A stretch of 64,000 nucleotides of DNA from the human T2T-CHM13v2.0 reference genome, Homo sapiens: the NCBI RefSeq assembly GCF_009914755.1, contig NC_060929.1. One strand, written 5' to 3'. Both the position numbers and the translations under genes were made by a program. Within the stretch, counting starts at the first letter, position 1; each line of letters begins with the position of its first letter. Below, in pieces: positions 43,060 through 55,401 of this stretch. Below the pieces are notes generated by a model. It ran no database searches and had not been told where the DNA came from. It was given only the letters and a program-made list of their open reading frames with translations.

Positions 43060-43560
43060 GCCCCTGGTAGTAGGTTAAGCGCTGTAGCTTATAACAACAG
43101 CTGGATGTCAGATTACTTGTGTCATCTACAACCTTGAACACTCACCTAACTGATACTCAGTTCTTCCATCATAAAATAGAGGGATTTGAACTTGGTGAAA
43201 TGTAAAATGTTTTTTGCTTTGCTAATTTGTATTTGTATGCTTTAATTTAACAAAGAACAAATCTTCATGAAACCATGTAGTTACAAAATAAAATGATCCT
43301 ATTTTTTATTTTAGTCTGTTCAATTTCTTAATATTCAGTTACTGGCTGCCCACTATTTCATCCTATATGATAATATGGATATACTATATGATAAAAGTAT
43401 CATACTTCATCTTCACCCAACTTCAAGAGATTTATTTACCTCATTTTACAGTTGAAGAGATTGGGGCTCAGAGATTAAGTAACTTGCCTAAATTCGCAAG
43501 CGTTTATGTTATAAATGCCAGCTCTCTGGGTTCAGACCCTTCAGTGCTGTGAAACTGGTT
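43060..43560. mobile_element. Two MIR fragments (+ then -)
   Basis: ctcagttcttccatcataaaatagaggg; cattttacagttgaagagattggggctcagagattaagtaacttgcc. Confidence 0.65.
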
Positions 43561-45809
43561 CACAAAAATGCATATACCCTATGCTAGCTGGTACTGTAGC
43601 TAATCCCAGAAAAGAAATTCTGTTGTTTTGGTGTGGGCTCCAGGACTATGGACAAAGGATATTTACCTTAGTGAAATGAATGAAAAAAGCACTGCCAAAC
43701 TCCTCATCACAGCTTGCCATATTAGACCCTAATGATCAATACATCTTGCCAACAATCAATAGTTGCTGCAATACATTGACTCACAAAACAGGGATAAAAT
43801 AATACTTATTGATTTTTATGCTGTCTGAAGGAGGTCTATGTCTTGTTGCCTGTGACTGAGAACATCCATGATTTACAACACTTAATTGAATGTGTCAATT
43901 CTTTAGACTAAGACAATTTCCTATGGACGGGCAAGCTGGAGGACTACTTGTTTTACTGCTTTTCTGAGGTTACCCAATGCATTAAAATGAAATGGTGCTT
44001 GGCAAGTCCTAGCTGCCCCTTTAGGATTTACTATTAGGTTTATTGGCTCTTTGAAGGAATATATTTGGTGTTTGCCCCAAGTACCTTACCCATAATCACT
44101 AAAACCTCCACCACTCTTTATTCCTATCTTTATTTTTTGTTACCTTGATTATACTTCCAATAACTTGCTTCCTGAATCAGTAAGTAGAGCAGTGAATGTG
44201 AGTCTGTAGAATCAGAATTCTAGTTGAAATTCTATTTACGAACCATATAACTTTAGGTGATAACCAGATGCTTAAATTTCTGGAGTTTATTTTCGAAAAA
44301 AAAGAAAGCAAAGAAGGAAGGAGAGCAGTAGGAAAGGAAGTAATGAAGAAAGGAAAGGATGAGGAAAGAAAGAAGAAACACAAACACTTGTTATGTTCAC
44401 CTCACAGAAACGGTGGGAAAATCAAATGATGTGGATCATATTAATCAAAATCAAACGAAGTGGATCATCACTTTTAAAGTCCCAGAATGTGGTAAAAATG
44501 TTAGTGTTGGTATTATCATTGTTGTACATATTTATACTCAATCAGGAAACGCCACTGGTAAAACAGAGTAAAGTTCAGAATGTGATAGCTCTTAATGCAT
44601 GGTAAAAGACCATATCTAAACCAACTTATGGAGGTTGATACCTGAACAAGTTTGTAATGTCAAAGTCATAAATCTCTGCCTCAACAAAGCAGGTAAACCA
44701 AACTTTGAAGGTAGAATGGGCCATGTGTTCTGAATCTTTGTATTTTATTTTACAATTTTTTAATACTCTGAGAAAGACCTTGACAAATATTTCCAAATGA
44801 ATCAGAGAAGATTGAGTTGCCTTTCTAGCATTACTAAGCTGCACAACCAGTTCCTTAATTTTTCCTCTATCACAGAAGTCAAATAGAAGTTATAAAGTTA
44901 GTAGGACATCTGCATTTCCCTACGTGCAATCCTATGCTATTTTCAGTAAGAAGGGTGTCATTTTCTGTATATGAATCTTGGATCTTTGTCATTTGAAGAT
45001 AAAGCTCTTGATAGCCTCATGTACATTTAATAGGCCCCTAGGTGTTATCACACATTTGAGATTAGACACATTTGATTCAGAAATAAAACTACCTCTGGAA
45101 AGAGTATCCAGTTTTGCATTTAGCTTTTCAATAAAATTCTTCTCAGCCTTGTGAACTGACATTACCATATAAAAAATACAGCATCCAACAACACTACTGC
45201 AGACTCCTGCAGGCACGATACCTTGGGAGGATTATACCTCTAAAGCACTACAGAGTTAGCAATGCACTTATTCTGAAAAACAATTGCAAACTACTCTGTC
45301 GGAAAAAAGCAAACTTTCTGATAAACAACACAACCACTGCTTGTCAGCTCTTTTTCTAGCCTAATAAGCAATGCTTGTTTTTTTCTACTTCTTTCCAACT
45401 TTGGTTGCAAATTTTAAAATAAAGATCTAGTGTTTTTTTTTCTTTTTGTAACTCAAAGATTTTGAGGATTTCAAGACTAAAAGGATATATCAACCCCTTC
45501 CTTTCTTCTCCCCACAGAAATGGAACTAAGTTCCAGAAAAACAACAACGAAAAGAGACATACTCAAGGTCACTCATGAGTGAGTAGGTGTATCAGGTTTA
45601 AAATCTGGGTGTCCTGAATCGTAGCCCAGTGTCCTAGGATTCTCCTTTAACATACAGCTGTTTTGACCATTAAATTTTAATGTGTTTTTCCGGATATTAT
45701 CATTATTGACTTGGTGTTAATTATGTATAAACACAGGTCATGAGTGTTTCGGAGGTTTTGTGACATCATGTAAAATTAAATTTGTGTATGTGTGTGTGTG
45801 TGTAATATT

Positions 45810-46055
45810 ATTAATAGATATAATTTATTGAGTTTTAGTATGTGCAGATAATTTTAATAAGCCTTATACATATAGTAAATCATTTAATTTTTGGAATCTT
45901 TTGAGCTTGATACTATTATTATTTATATTCATACCCAAATTATTCATATGGAGGAGAAAAGTTATGATTTAATAAATTAAGTAATTTGGACCATATAACA
46001 TAGCTAGTAAGTGGCAGAGCCAAGATTCCTTAACCCAGGTCTTTAACTACTATGA
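45810..46055 (-). mobile_element. MIR SINE
   Basis: atttattgagttttagtatgtgc...ttaagtaatttgg...catagctagtaagtggcagagccaagatt. Confidence 0.75.
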
Positions 46056-46207
46056 ACTGCTACCAATGTTTATAAACACATCAAGTGAAAATACATGCAT
46101 CCTACAAACTTTCACAAGTAATCCTACCTTTATTAGTTTTAAGAAAAAATTCCTGCATTTCTACCAGTTGGAGAAGTAACAACCAAATGCATTTAATTCT
46201 AATCAAG

Positions 46208-47562
46208 CTAAAAATCCGACTGTGTTACATTTGTTCTTTAAATACATTTCAACCAATTTCAAAGACATTCAATATTAAAAGACATTCAAGAATTGTAGTT
46301 AAAATTGGACTCTGACAGGCCACATTAGTTCATTGCTGACTTTCCTGCTTTTCTTACATCTGAAATTACAACAATTTCAGATGTAAGAAAGTTAAGGTTA
46401 AGTTGAGGTTAAGTTACAACAATTAAACCTCATTTATGTACAATCTGGTACTCCTGCTTGGCTCTGTTCTTTGGTTCAGTTTTTAACCCTAGCCATAATT
46501 TCAGTGTACAAATTTTGGAAATGAATGTTGTCTGCATAACGATGTCAAGTTGCATCTGGTGACCAACAAATAAGAACTACACTTTGAAGAGTTCTGAATA
46601 TTCTATTGTCACCTCCATTGCTACACAGGATCTTATATATATACTGTAGGACTACTATGATCCTGCAGTATAAAAGCTTCCAGAGAAAATTCCAAAAATC
46701 AAAGGAAATATTCTGAGTAGATACTGAAAGTCGAATGGAAGCAAGAATTTCAATTTCTGAAGGAAACAATAATTTTGTTGTTCTATAACTTCTTAGTAGC
46801 AAGAAAAACTAATAAAAGGGATTGGAGGTTATTCTGACATCAATTTCAGTAGTTTCTTATCTAACCACCACTAGTCAGATTCCTTTTGAGTTAGACATGA
46901 CTTGGTTAGAATAGTCAGAAAAACAGACATGGCCCTGACTTCATGAAGCACAGTCTAATGGGATCTGAGATTATTTCTTCAGTAGAATGAAACTTTTAAG
47001 AACCAAGAGTAGAAAATATTGTATTAATTCTCCTTCTTACATTAATGTAAACATTAATGTTCTCAAAAGTATCCATATGGTATTTGGCCATAAAACTTCA
47101 TAATTTACTACAAAGCAAACTTGAACATAAGCTACAATCACTCTCCTCATTTTATAGTAGAAATGTGACAGTAAAATATGTAGAACTCTTTAAACAATGA
47201 TTCTTATTTGCTGGCAAGCAGACGCAACTTGATATCTATAGACAGACAACATCAATTTCTGGAGTTTGTATCCTGAAATTATGGCTAAGAGTAAAAATTA
47301 AACCAAAGAGCAGACCTGAGCAGGAGCACCAGATTGTACATAAAGTGAGATTCCATTGTTGTGACTTAACAGTTAGCAAACAGCAAATACACCATAATAC
47401 CTCAGATGTAAGAAAAGCAGAAAAGTTAGCAATGAACTGATTTAGCCAATCAGATCAAGAAAGCCAAGTTTTAACGCAATCCTAGTGAGAATCTTTATTA
47501 ACACTGAAAAAAATTCTTTAAAATAGATTAATAGAATAGAATACAACATGATCTGTTTTTAA
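46208..47562. repeat. Long diverged inverted repeat (arms about 46208-46612 and 47165-47562, spacer about 550 bp), family not recognised
   Basis: Hand alignment: 46408-46612 vs reverse complement of 47165-47370 gives 42 substitutions and 1 gap in about 206 columns; 46312-46363 vs 47402-47453 is 45/52 identical; weaker similarity further out. Confidence 0.9.
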
Positions 47563-47875
47563 TGCAAACCTCAGACTCATTAATATGAGGCAGAGACCCT
47601 CATATTATTTTCTGTAATTCTTTCAATTTTACTACTAAAGATATTTTGCTTCTTACACTTTCCATAACATGATTTTTTCCATAAAATGTATTTAGCTATG
47701 AAATCTCACACTTTCAACACAATTCTTATTTAATTTGAACCATAGCTCATTCGAGTAAAGTCTTAGCAAATATATAAGCATGAAAAATAAGTAATAATAT
47801 ACAATTAAATAGGCTATGGCTTTCATTTCTTGTTTATATACAAAGTACTTTCTATTTTATGTTGTAGTTAATGCT

Positions 47876-48076
47876 CAGAATCAGAACAAAAATTTCTGTA
47901 CCAACCAGGCAGTATTTTGGACTTTGCAAGCCATATAGTCTCTCTTCTAGCTACTCAATTCTGTGTTGGGAGTGCAAAAGCAAGCATAGACAGTGTGTAA
48001 CCTAATGGATACAAGTGTGCCCTAATAAAAATTTATTCATCAAAACAGTCACCTGGTCAGATCTGGCTGACCCCTG
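47876..48076 (-). mobile_element. MER58-like hAT MITE
   Basis: tattttggactttgcaagccatatagtctct...ctactcaattctg...catagaca...taataaaaatttatt...gctgacccctg. Confidence 0.75.
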
Positions 48077-49549
48077 ATCTAAAACATCAATAATGTTTTG
48101 GCCAACACGAGTTAAATAGAGATAAGCATGATCATCAAGATCATTGTTCCCTGAATTCCAGTTTAACAAATAAAATATTCCAATGTATATCTTTGAAGAT
48201 AAAAATTTAATAATTTTTAGATTGGAAAATAAATATATAGACCATTAAGAGTAAAAAAGGTCTTTCAATTGTAATTTAGTAAGCATTCTATTTACGAAAG
48301 TATTTTCTCTGTATTTTTTACAAAAATATACAGAACTAATACACAATTGTCAAAAGACCACACTTCTCTTGATACATCAAATCAGAAGCCTGAAATTATA
48401 GAAATGTAGTGCATTATATACTTTAATATGAAAACAACCATCTAGTATAGATATTTCATTTCACATTTGAAATGTATATTTAGTAAAATAATGCATAATA
48501 GCATGGGATACCAGCTTTGTTTTAATTTGCCTAGATTGAATTATAAGAAGCACTTTTTCTTATCCAAGGACATAATTCTTTCAAACTGACACAAGTGGCA
48601 TTGTTATTTATTTTACCTTATATCCCATCCAACTAATGCATCTAACTTAAGTTTCCCAGTATTAAATAAATCAACCTGGGGGTGATAAGTTCTTATTTAA
48701 ACAGAAAAAATAAAAATTTCATACCCAAATTTATATATATATGTGTGTAGAGGTGAGTGTACACATGCACATATCTACATGTATGACAACGAAATATTGC
48801 ATGCTGTTGATAAGGCTGGCCTAGTTGATATAAATTCTTTTCTCCTACAATTTCTGAGCTTTTGCCTTCTTTTCAAAGGTACATTTGATATAACCAACAC
48901 AGGAGTTACAATTCAATGAAAGACTTTCTAAATCTTCTAAAATGTATATGGTATATGTATTCCAAAAGACATAACATATTTTGAGATAATTTCTGGAAAT
49001 CTTGAACTTCATGCACAACTAAACCATTCTTAGCTGAGTGGATCAACATGATAATAAAAATTGTTCGGTAAAGTAGACTGGCAATTCAATGTGTTCAAAA
49101 TGGTCAAACCAATTGTGAACTTAGACTACCATAGTGGGAGAGCTTTTGTGACCCTCAGTCTTTAGGTGATCAAGCCTCTGAATGTAAGTCATGTCCTGGT
49201 TTAGTATTGAATGGAGACAAGTTATCACTCTAAAACAGGTGTATGAGGCACTATCACACACATTGTGTCAGTTAAGCTGTTTTATTCTGAGTGTAGATGC
49301 TCTTATTATGGAAGATCTCTTATTTGTAATGATATCATTTATATTTCAATTAAGGGACAACAGAGTTTAGACACAGCATGTGCTGATGATTTGGCTTACT
49401 ACATTCAAAGAAGTTTTTTTTTTTTATTTCTATAAGACATCCAAAGCACCTCATGCATACATTGAAATGGAAATGCTAGCCTAAGTTGTAAAGTTAAAAG
49501 ACAACCATCTTCTGATAGTTATATAATCTTTGTTCATTTGGCCAAGAAT

Positions 49550-51215
49550 CAAAAATAGTAATTGAATATAAGAATCCCATTGACAATAACCATAAAAACT
49601 ATAAAGTACTGAAGTATAAATTTAACAAGAATTATGTAAGACGTATGGGCACAATTTAGTAAGAAATATGCAAGACCTACATGGAGAAAACTAAAATTTT
49701 ACCGAAGAACATAACAGAACATGTATAAAACAGGAAACATACCGTGTCCTTCAATAGAAAGAACCAATCCCGTTGAGAAGTAAATTTCCTTCTGTATTCC
49801 TCAATAAATTTTAAAGCAATTACAACAAAAATAGGGGTAGCATTTTTAAATTGCCAAAACTTAAAGATTGTATGGAAGCATAACTATTTCATAATGGCCA
49901 AGTATAATTAAGTAGAAACATAATAAGATATCTGTCTTACATTTAACGTTAGAGTAATTAAAACCACATAGTGTTGGCACAAAAATAGGGAGAAATATTA
50001 ATGAAGCAAATTACAGGGTAGAAACACAGACCTAAGGACAAGAAGGATTTCCTATGTGGTAAAGAACATTTCAAATTAGTAGTGAAAGGACAGATTATTT
50101 CAGTAAATTTTATTATTACAACTATCTGTCAATCAATCTACCTACCTGTCTACCTATCAGTATTTCTGCTTCAGAACTTACCCCAAAATATATTTCAAAT
50201 GAACTCAAATTTTATATGAAAATTTTCATAAAATACTGGAATAATATCTGAATATTTATTTTTTAAAAATATTGGTGTGGAGTTTTCAAAGTCTGAAAAC
50301 CAGGATCAAAAATCATAAAGTAAGAAATAACCCTATTTTGGTGTGCATAAATAAAAACCTTCTGGACAATCAAATATATTATTCACAAAGTTATTATACA
50401 AGGAAATAAGTCTGCAATATGTGATATAGGCTCAATAGCCTTAATACATAAAAAGTTACAACAAATCAATAAGAAAAAAATGAATTGTCCAATAGAAAAT
50501 AAATTAATAAATGACATAAAAAGGCAACTCAGGGAGAAGAAATACAAATGGCCTATAAACACGGAAGAGTGTCTGAGATAGTTAACTGGCAATAAAATTT
50601 AGTTAATCATGGAAATTAACTATTTTACAGATTAGCAAAGATGAAAAGAATGTATATACTGACAGAAATGCCCAGGACTGAGAGGTGTGACACAGGTGGT
50701 GTGAATATAAACTAGCACACTTTTAAGGAACCGTGGCTTTGTAACAAGTATCAGTGCCTAAAATATACATGTTCTGGGGTCCAGTAATCCAACTCCTAAG
50801 AATTTACCAAAGAAAATAATTTTACAAATGCATCAAATATGAATACACAGGAGTGTTTAATATAACTTAGTTCACAATAGCCAAAGAACCCAAATGATCA
50901 TAATGTCCATGAACAGAGGACTGATTGAACAAGTATGCTGCATTCACACAAGGGAATTCTATGCAACTGTTATAAAAATTATAGATTACATCAAGAGATG
51001 TTCACAAAACATTAAGAGCAAAAATCATATTTGAAACACAATATATAACACATTTTATTTCATGTGCATTCATGTGAATTCCTATGAAGTCTGAAGATAC
51101 TGTGATCGTTTTGCTAACAGTAGTTGTATCTGGGTGATGACACTGAGATCTTCATTTTCATTATTGTTTATTATGTTTACCGATTTCTACAGTGGACATA
51201 AATAAGTAACAAAAA
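49550..51215 (+). mobile_element. Old L1ME-type ORF2 3' part and 3' UTR
   Basis: aaatatgcaagacctacatggagaaaact, tacaaatggcctataaac, ccagtaatccaactcctaagaattta. Confidence 0.75.
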
Positions 51216-52279
51216 TGATTCTGATAAAAATATGCCAGAATATTAAGAAAATTATGCAACAAGGAAATTTACCTGCTTTACAAAGTAAACATAATGGCTT
51301 TCATTTAATTTTCATAATTTCTAAATATAGAAATAGTTTTCTAGAATTTAAGAAATTTGTACAGGTTTAAATATCATCAGTGACAAATTCAGGACAATGC
51401 CAGGACTGCCAAGTCTCCTGTCTTTGATACAAATGTTGACCTTTTCAGAATAATTACAGAAATAATTTATCAAAAAATGTAATAACATCTTTTAACCTAA
51501 GGATTGTTTGCTTTCCAAAGAAATACAGAACTTGGTTATTATTTTTAAATATTAGGCATATATGTAGTATTATACATATGGTACATCTAAAATGATTTTG
51601 TTATTAATTTTTATTAATCCAGTTGAATATTTGATAAAGCAGAAAAAAATAGATTAGAAACTTTTTTGAACAACAGATTATTCCCGATCTTAAAAATCAC
51701 AAGTGAATTCAAACTAAAGTCTTTGAATTGATCTTGAAATACAACACAATTGTTATTTCACACAAAGTTTAACATCAGTTTACTAAGTATTCTGAGATAG
51801 GTATGCCACCTCATTAAAATAACATGTATGACATGAAGGGCTGCATCTAAAAGTCTCTTATAAAATTTAATCAAAACATAATTTTGCTCTTAATTCTCAG
51901 GATTAGCATATACTTTTTTTCAGAATGGATTTTTGGGGCAAGAATTGCATTGATTCTCCAGTAATGAAAGATGATTTACAACAACCAAGAAAAAAGTCAA
52001 TTATAATTTTTCAGTGTATACACAAATTTAAATGATGCTGCAACAGTGATAATTACTAGTTGACTTAATTTCAAAATGACTTAGACTGTGTACTTCTACA
52101 ATAGTACAGATTTTATTATTTACGTTCTATTTGTTCGATTTATGTGGGTTTCCCAAAAGTCATTTAGGAAGCTGGCATGCTGACTACTAACAATCAACCT
52201 GGGAGACTATGTTGGAGGCGATTCCATTTGAAAATTTCACATTTTCTTTCCCTTAACATCAGAAGAACACAAAATAAAT

Positions 52280-52510
52280 GGGATAGGAGAAAAATCGGGC
52301 CCAAATCCCAGCTCCAGCACTTTCTAGCTGTAGCATAGGAGGTTTGTATTGTCTTGGTTCTCACAGGTTCTAGCTTCACAAAAATCTAACCTTCAATTTC
52401 TCCATTTGTAAAATGTGATAATCTTATTTCATAGCTTTTGAGAATGAAATAGGAAATTATTTTAAAGTTACATTTCATTTCACAGAAGTTTCTCAATAAA
52501 TGGTAGTAAT
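52280..52510 (+). mobile_element. MIR SINE
   Basis: aaatcccagctccagcactttctagctgt...tcaatttctccatttgtaaaatg...ctcaataaatggtag. Confidence 0.7.
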
Positions 52511-54734
52511 TTTTAGTAGTGTTACTAGTCGTAATCAAATATATCCCAATTGTATGTCAAAGTTCTAATGTAATTTTTTCAAATCTCATTTTCAATTGAC
52601 CCTTCTAAATTAAAATTTTGGTTTTAAACTATTAAATGGTTAAAAGAACAGAGAGAATTTACATGTATTTTGATATTTGTATTCCGTATTATTTAAATCC
52701 AAAACAACAATTCCTGATTATAAACACATTCTTACATGGTAAGTCTTTACTACATACTTTTAATATTCTTTTATACCAAACAGAACACAGCTACAATGTA
52801 AAATAGGCCTTCTGCTATTTCTCAAATACTGAATACACATTCCTTAAGGATAGTAACCACATATGTCTTTCCCTCTCTCCATCTCCCTCTCTGGATCCCT
52901 CTGTCTCTGTATCTCCTTAAAGTCCAACAGCATAAGTAGCGTTTGATTGAATTGGGTTTTAGTCTCACCTCGAGTGCACTATGCACTAAAACAACAACAA
53001 AACAGGAAACCCAGAGCTCCAGCATTGTGACTATTTTTTAAGGGAGAACATGAACAATTAAGACGTATTTTGTCCAAATCTGGGAATTTTAACACCTGGA
53101 CATATTTCTAACATTTTCCTAAATGCTATATTTGACTAAAGCAGCCTAATTAAAAATGTCCCACTAAATGACAAATTACTATCTAACTGGACTACCTGGT
53201 GATAATTATCAGAGCTGGTGGTAAAATAACAAGATAAAGCCATTTTAAAACATGGTTTTCAAGCTGGCCCATTAAATAGACAGGAAGAGGTTTATGGTCT
53301 CTTAGGAAATGTACAATTATGATATTAAAACGATAGTTGATCTTTCTAAATAACCAGAGGGATATATTTGCCAGGAAATCCTACTCTGTAGTGTTACAAA
53401 GCAATTGGAAAAAAATATATCTCTTCCAATGTCTTATAGAAGAGAAATTTGCCTCAAAATTGCAGTCTAAGATAAAGCATTCCCCCAAATCTGAAGGAAA
53501 TGTAAAGAAATTCTTTGCTTTTTCTTGTGGTCTATAATTCTACAGCTCTTTCCTCTGAAAATGTGGCAAGGACTTAAAATATTATGACTTTTAAAATAAC
53601 AAAGGTGCCATTTTTCAGTGAATTCTGTTTAAAAAAGAATGGTTTGCTACACATGCATACTAATAGGATTCAAGTAAACACTTGTGAGCATTCTCTCAAG
53701 GCATACACCAGATGCAAATGTGCACAGCCTCCCAGATCTGCCCTACCCACGTCAGAAGCACACTGGCTTAACGGTGCTTGAAAGAGGAATGGTGCACCCA
53801 GCTGATCAAAGAACACTTCAAGAGATCTTCAGTCTATTAACTCAAATATTCATTTGGCAAAAGAAACACAAATATGAATTACAGAATAAGTCCTGAAGTT
53901 TCTTTGTCTGTATGTCAAGGAAAATAATAAACAAAAGTATCTAAATTGTGTTTTTTGGAGTATGGTGGCTTGAACAACGAAAGGCACACAGAAATGGTGA
54001 TTAGATTTTACAACCTAAAAATTGGCACCTGCTCACTCATATTTAAAACTCTTTTAACATCTCTGCTTCTTAGTTTATGGCATTCTTTAAAATAATTCAC
54101 AAATCATTTCATTCATGATTAATGTTAAAAGTATTTCTGGAAAAATCTACAGTTGATGAAAATTCTATATCCTCACAGAAACCTGACAATTTTTTAAAGA
54201 TTATCTTTATATGCTTGTTTAAAAGCCAGCTGTTCAATTATTTAGCCCTTTGTCAATTCAGTTAACTTGTAGTTCAAAGAAACAAGAAAATTCAATACTG
54301 ATTTCAAAACAAACACTCCCTCTTGAGAGGGATGAAAAACACACTCTACAAAACATTATTTTTTTTCTATGTTAATGCTTTAGACTCTACAGAGGTTTAG
54401 ACTCTAGAGGTTGCAAGGTAGGAATAAATGTGACTATATTCATAGAAAACAGTAATCACTTTTGAGTGATCCATGTTACATACCTATGATCCAATATCTC
54501 CCAGTAGCAGACTAATATGCAGAACAAAACCAACTGTAATCTTCCATTATTAATCACTATATTTTTTCTATGAGAAATTAAAAAAAAAACCTCAAAACTG
54601 GTGTCAGGGTGAATATGAGATGAAAACATTACAGCTTGCTTATATTTCATCAGATCCTCTTTAAATTTCTATTTCAGATATGTTTGATAACATACACTGC
54701 ATATTAATACATAAATAAATATTTATTTATTGAG

Positions 54735-54945
54735 TCTCCATTCTCAACAACGCTGCTTACCAGCATGTGACCTTGGACAAGTTCACTACTCAAACTTTAG
54801 TCTGCTCATCTTTAAAATGAGCACAGTTTAATAGTCCTTAAGTTATGAAGCTAATGTGAGGTTTAAGTTACCTAAAACTTACTATACATCTTCACGCAGG
54901 GTACTTAGCACATGGTAAGAGCTCAACAGTGATGAGCTATTACTA
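54735..54945 (+). mobile_element. MIR SINE
   Basis: cttaccagcatgtgaccttggacaagttcact...ctcatctttaaaatga...gcacatggtaagagctcaa. Confidence 0.8.
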
Positions 54946-55056
54946 GAGACACATACAGGGATGAATGCTTGGGTGGTCAAATTTTGAATTATTTTTTACA
55001 CTTTTGTTTCAATCATCACAAATTTGTATGTAACACACCCTAGGTAAATAAGCATT

Positions 55057-55128
55057 CATATGTATGTATATATGTGTATATCTATGTATACGTGTAGCAT
55101 ATCTGTGTGTATATGTATGCGTGTGTCT
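55057..55128. repeat. Degenerate (TATG/TG)n low-complexity tract
   Basis: Read directly. Confidence 0.8.
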
Positions 55129-55269
55129 GTATTACCCACTCAGTCAGTCCACTTCAATTATTGTCACAAAAGCCCATATTACAACTAGAGATTGGTTAGT
55201 TGCTGTCCAATTACTTTATACATGATAATGTTAGCTTCAAATTTCACTATAAAACTACTATTCCTAAAA

Positions 55270-55401
55270 CAGCGATCCTCCCAGAGACTACCTGAACGCC
55301 ATCTCGGACCTACTGACTCGGATTCTGGTGTAGGCCCAGAAAATATAAATACTCACACTAGACTCAGATGATTATTGCACAGAAAAGTTTGAGAATCACT
55401 G
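55270..55401. mobile_element. MER5A-like hAT MITE fragment
   Basis: gacctactgactcggattctggtgtaggcccag...aaagtttgagaatcactg. Confidence 0.7.

Noticed and set aside
44989-45216. 75-aa minus-strand ORF with protein-like composition
   Set aside because: No recognisable homology or clear splice sites; length is within chance expectation.
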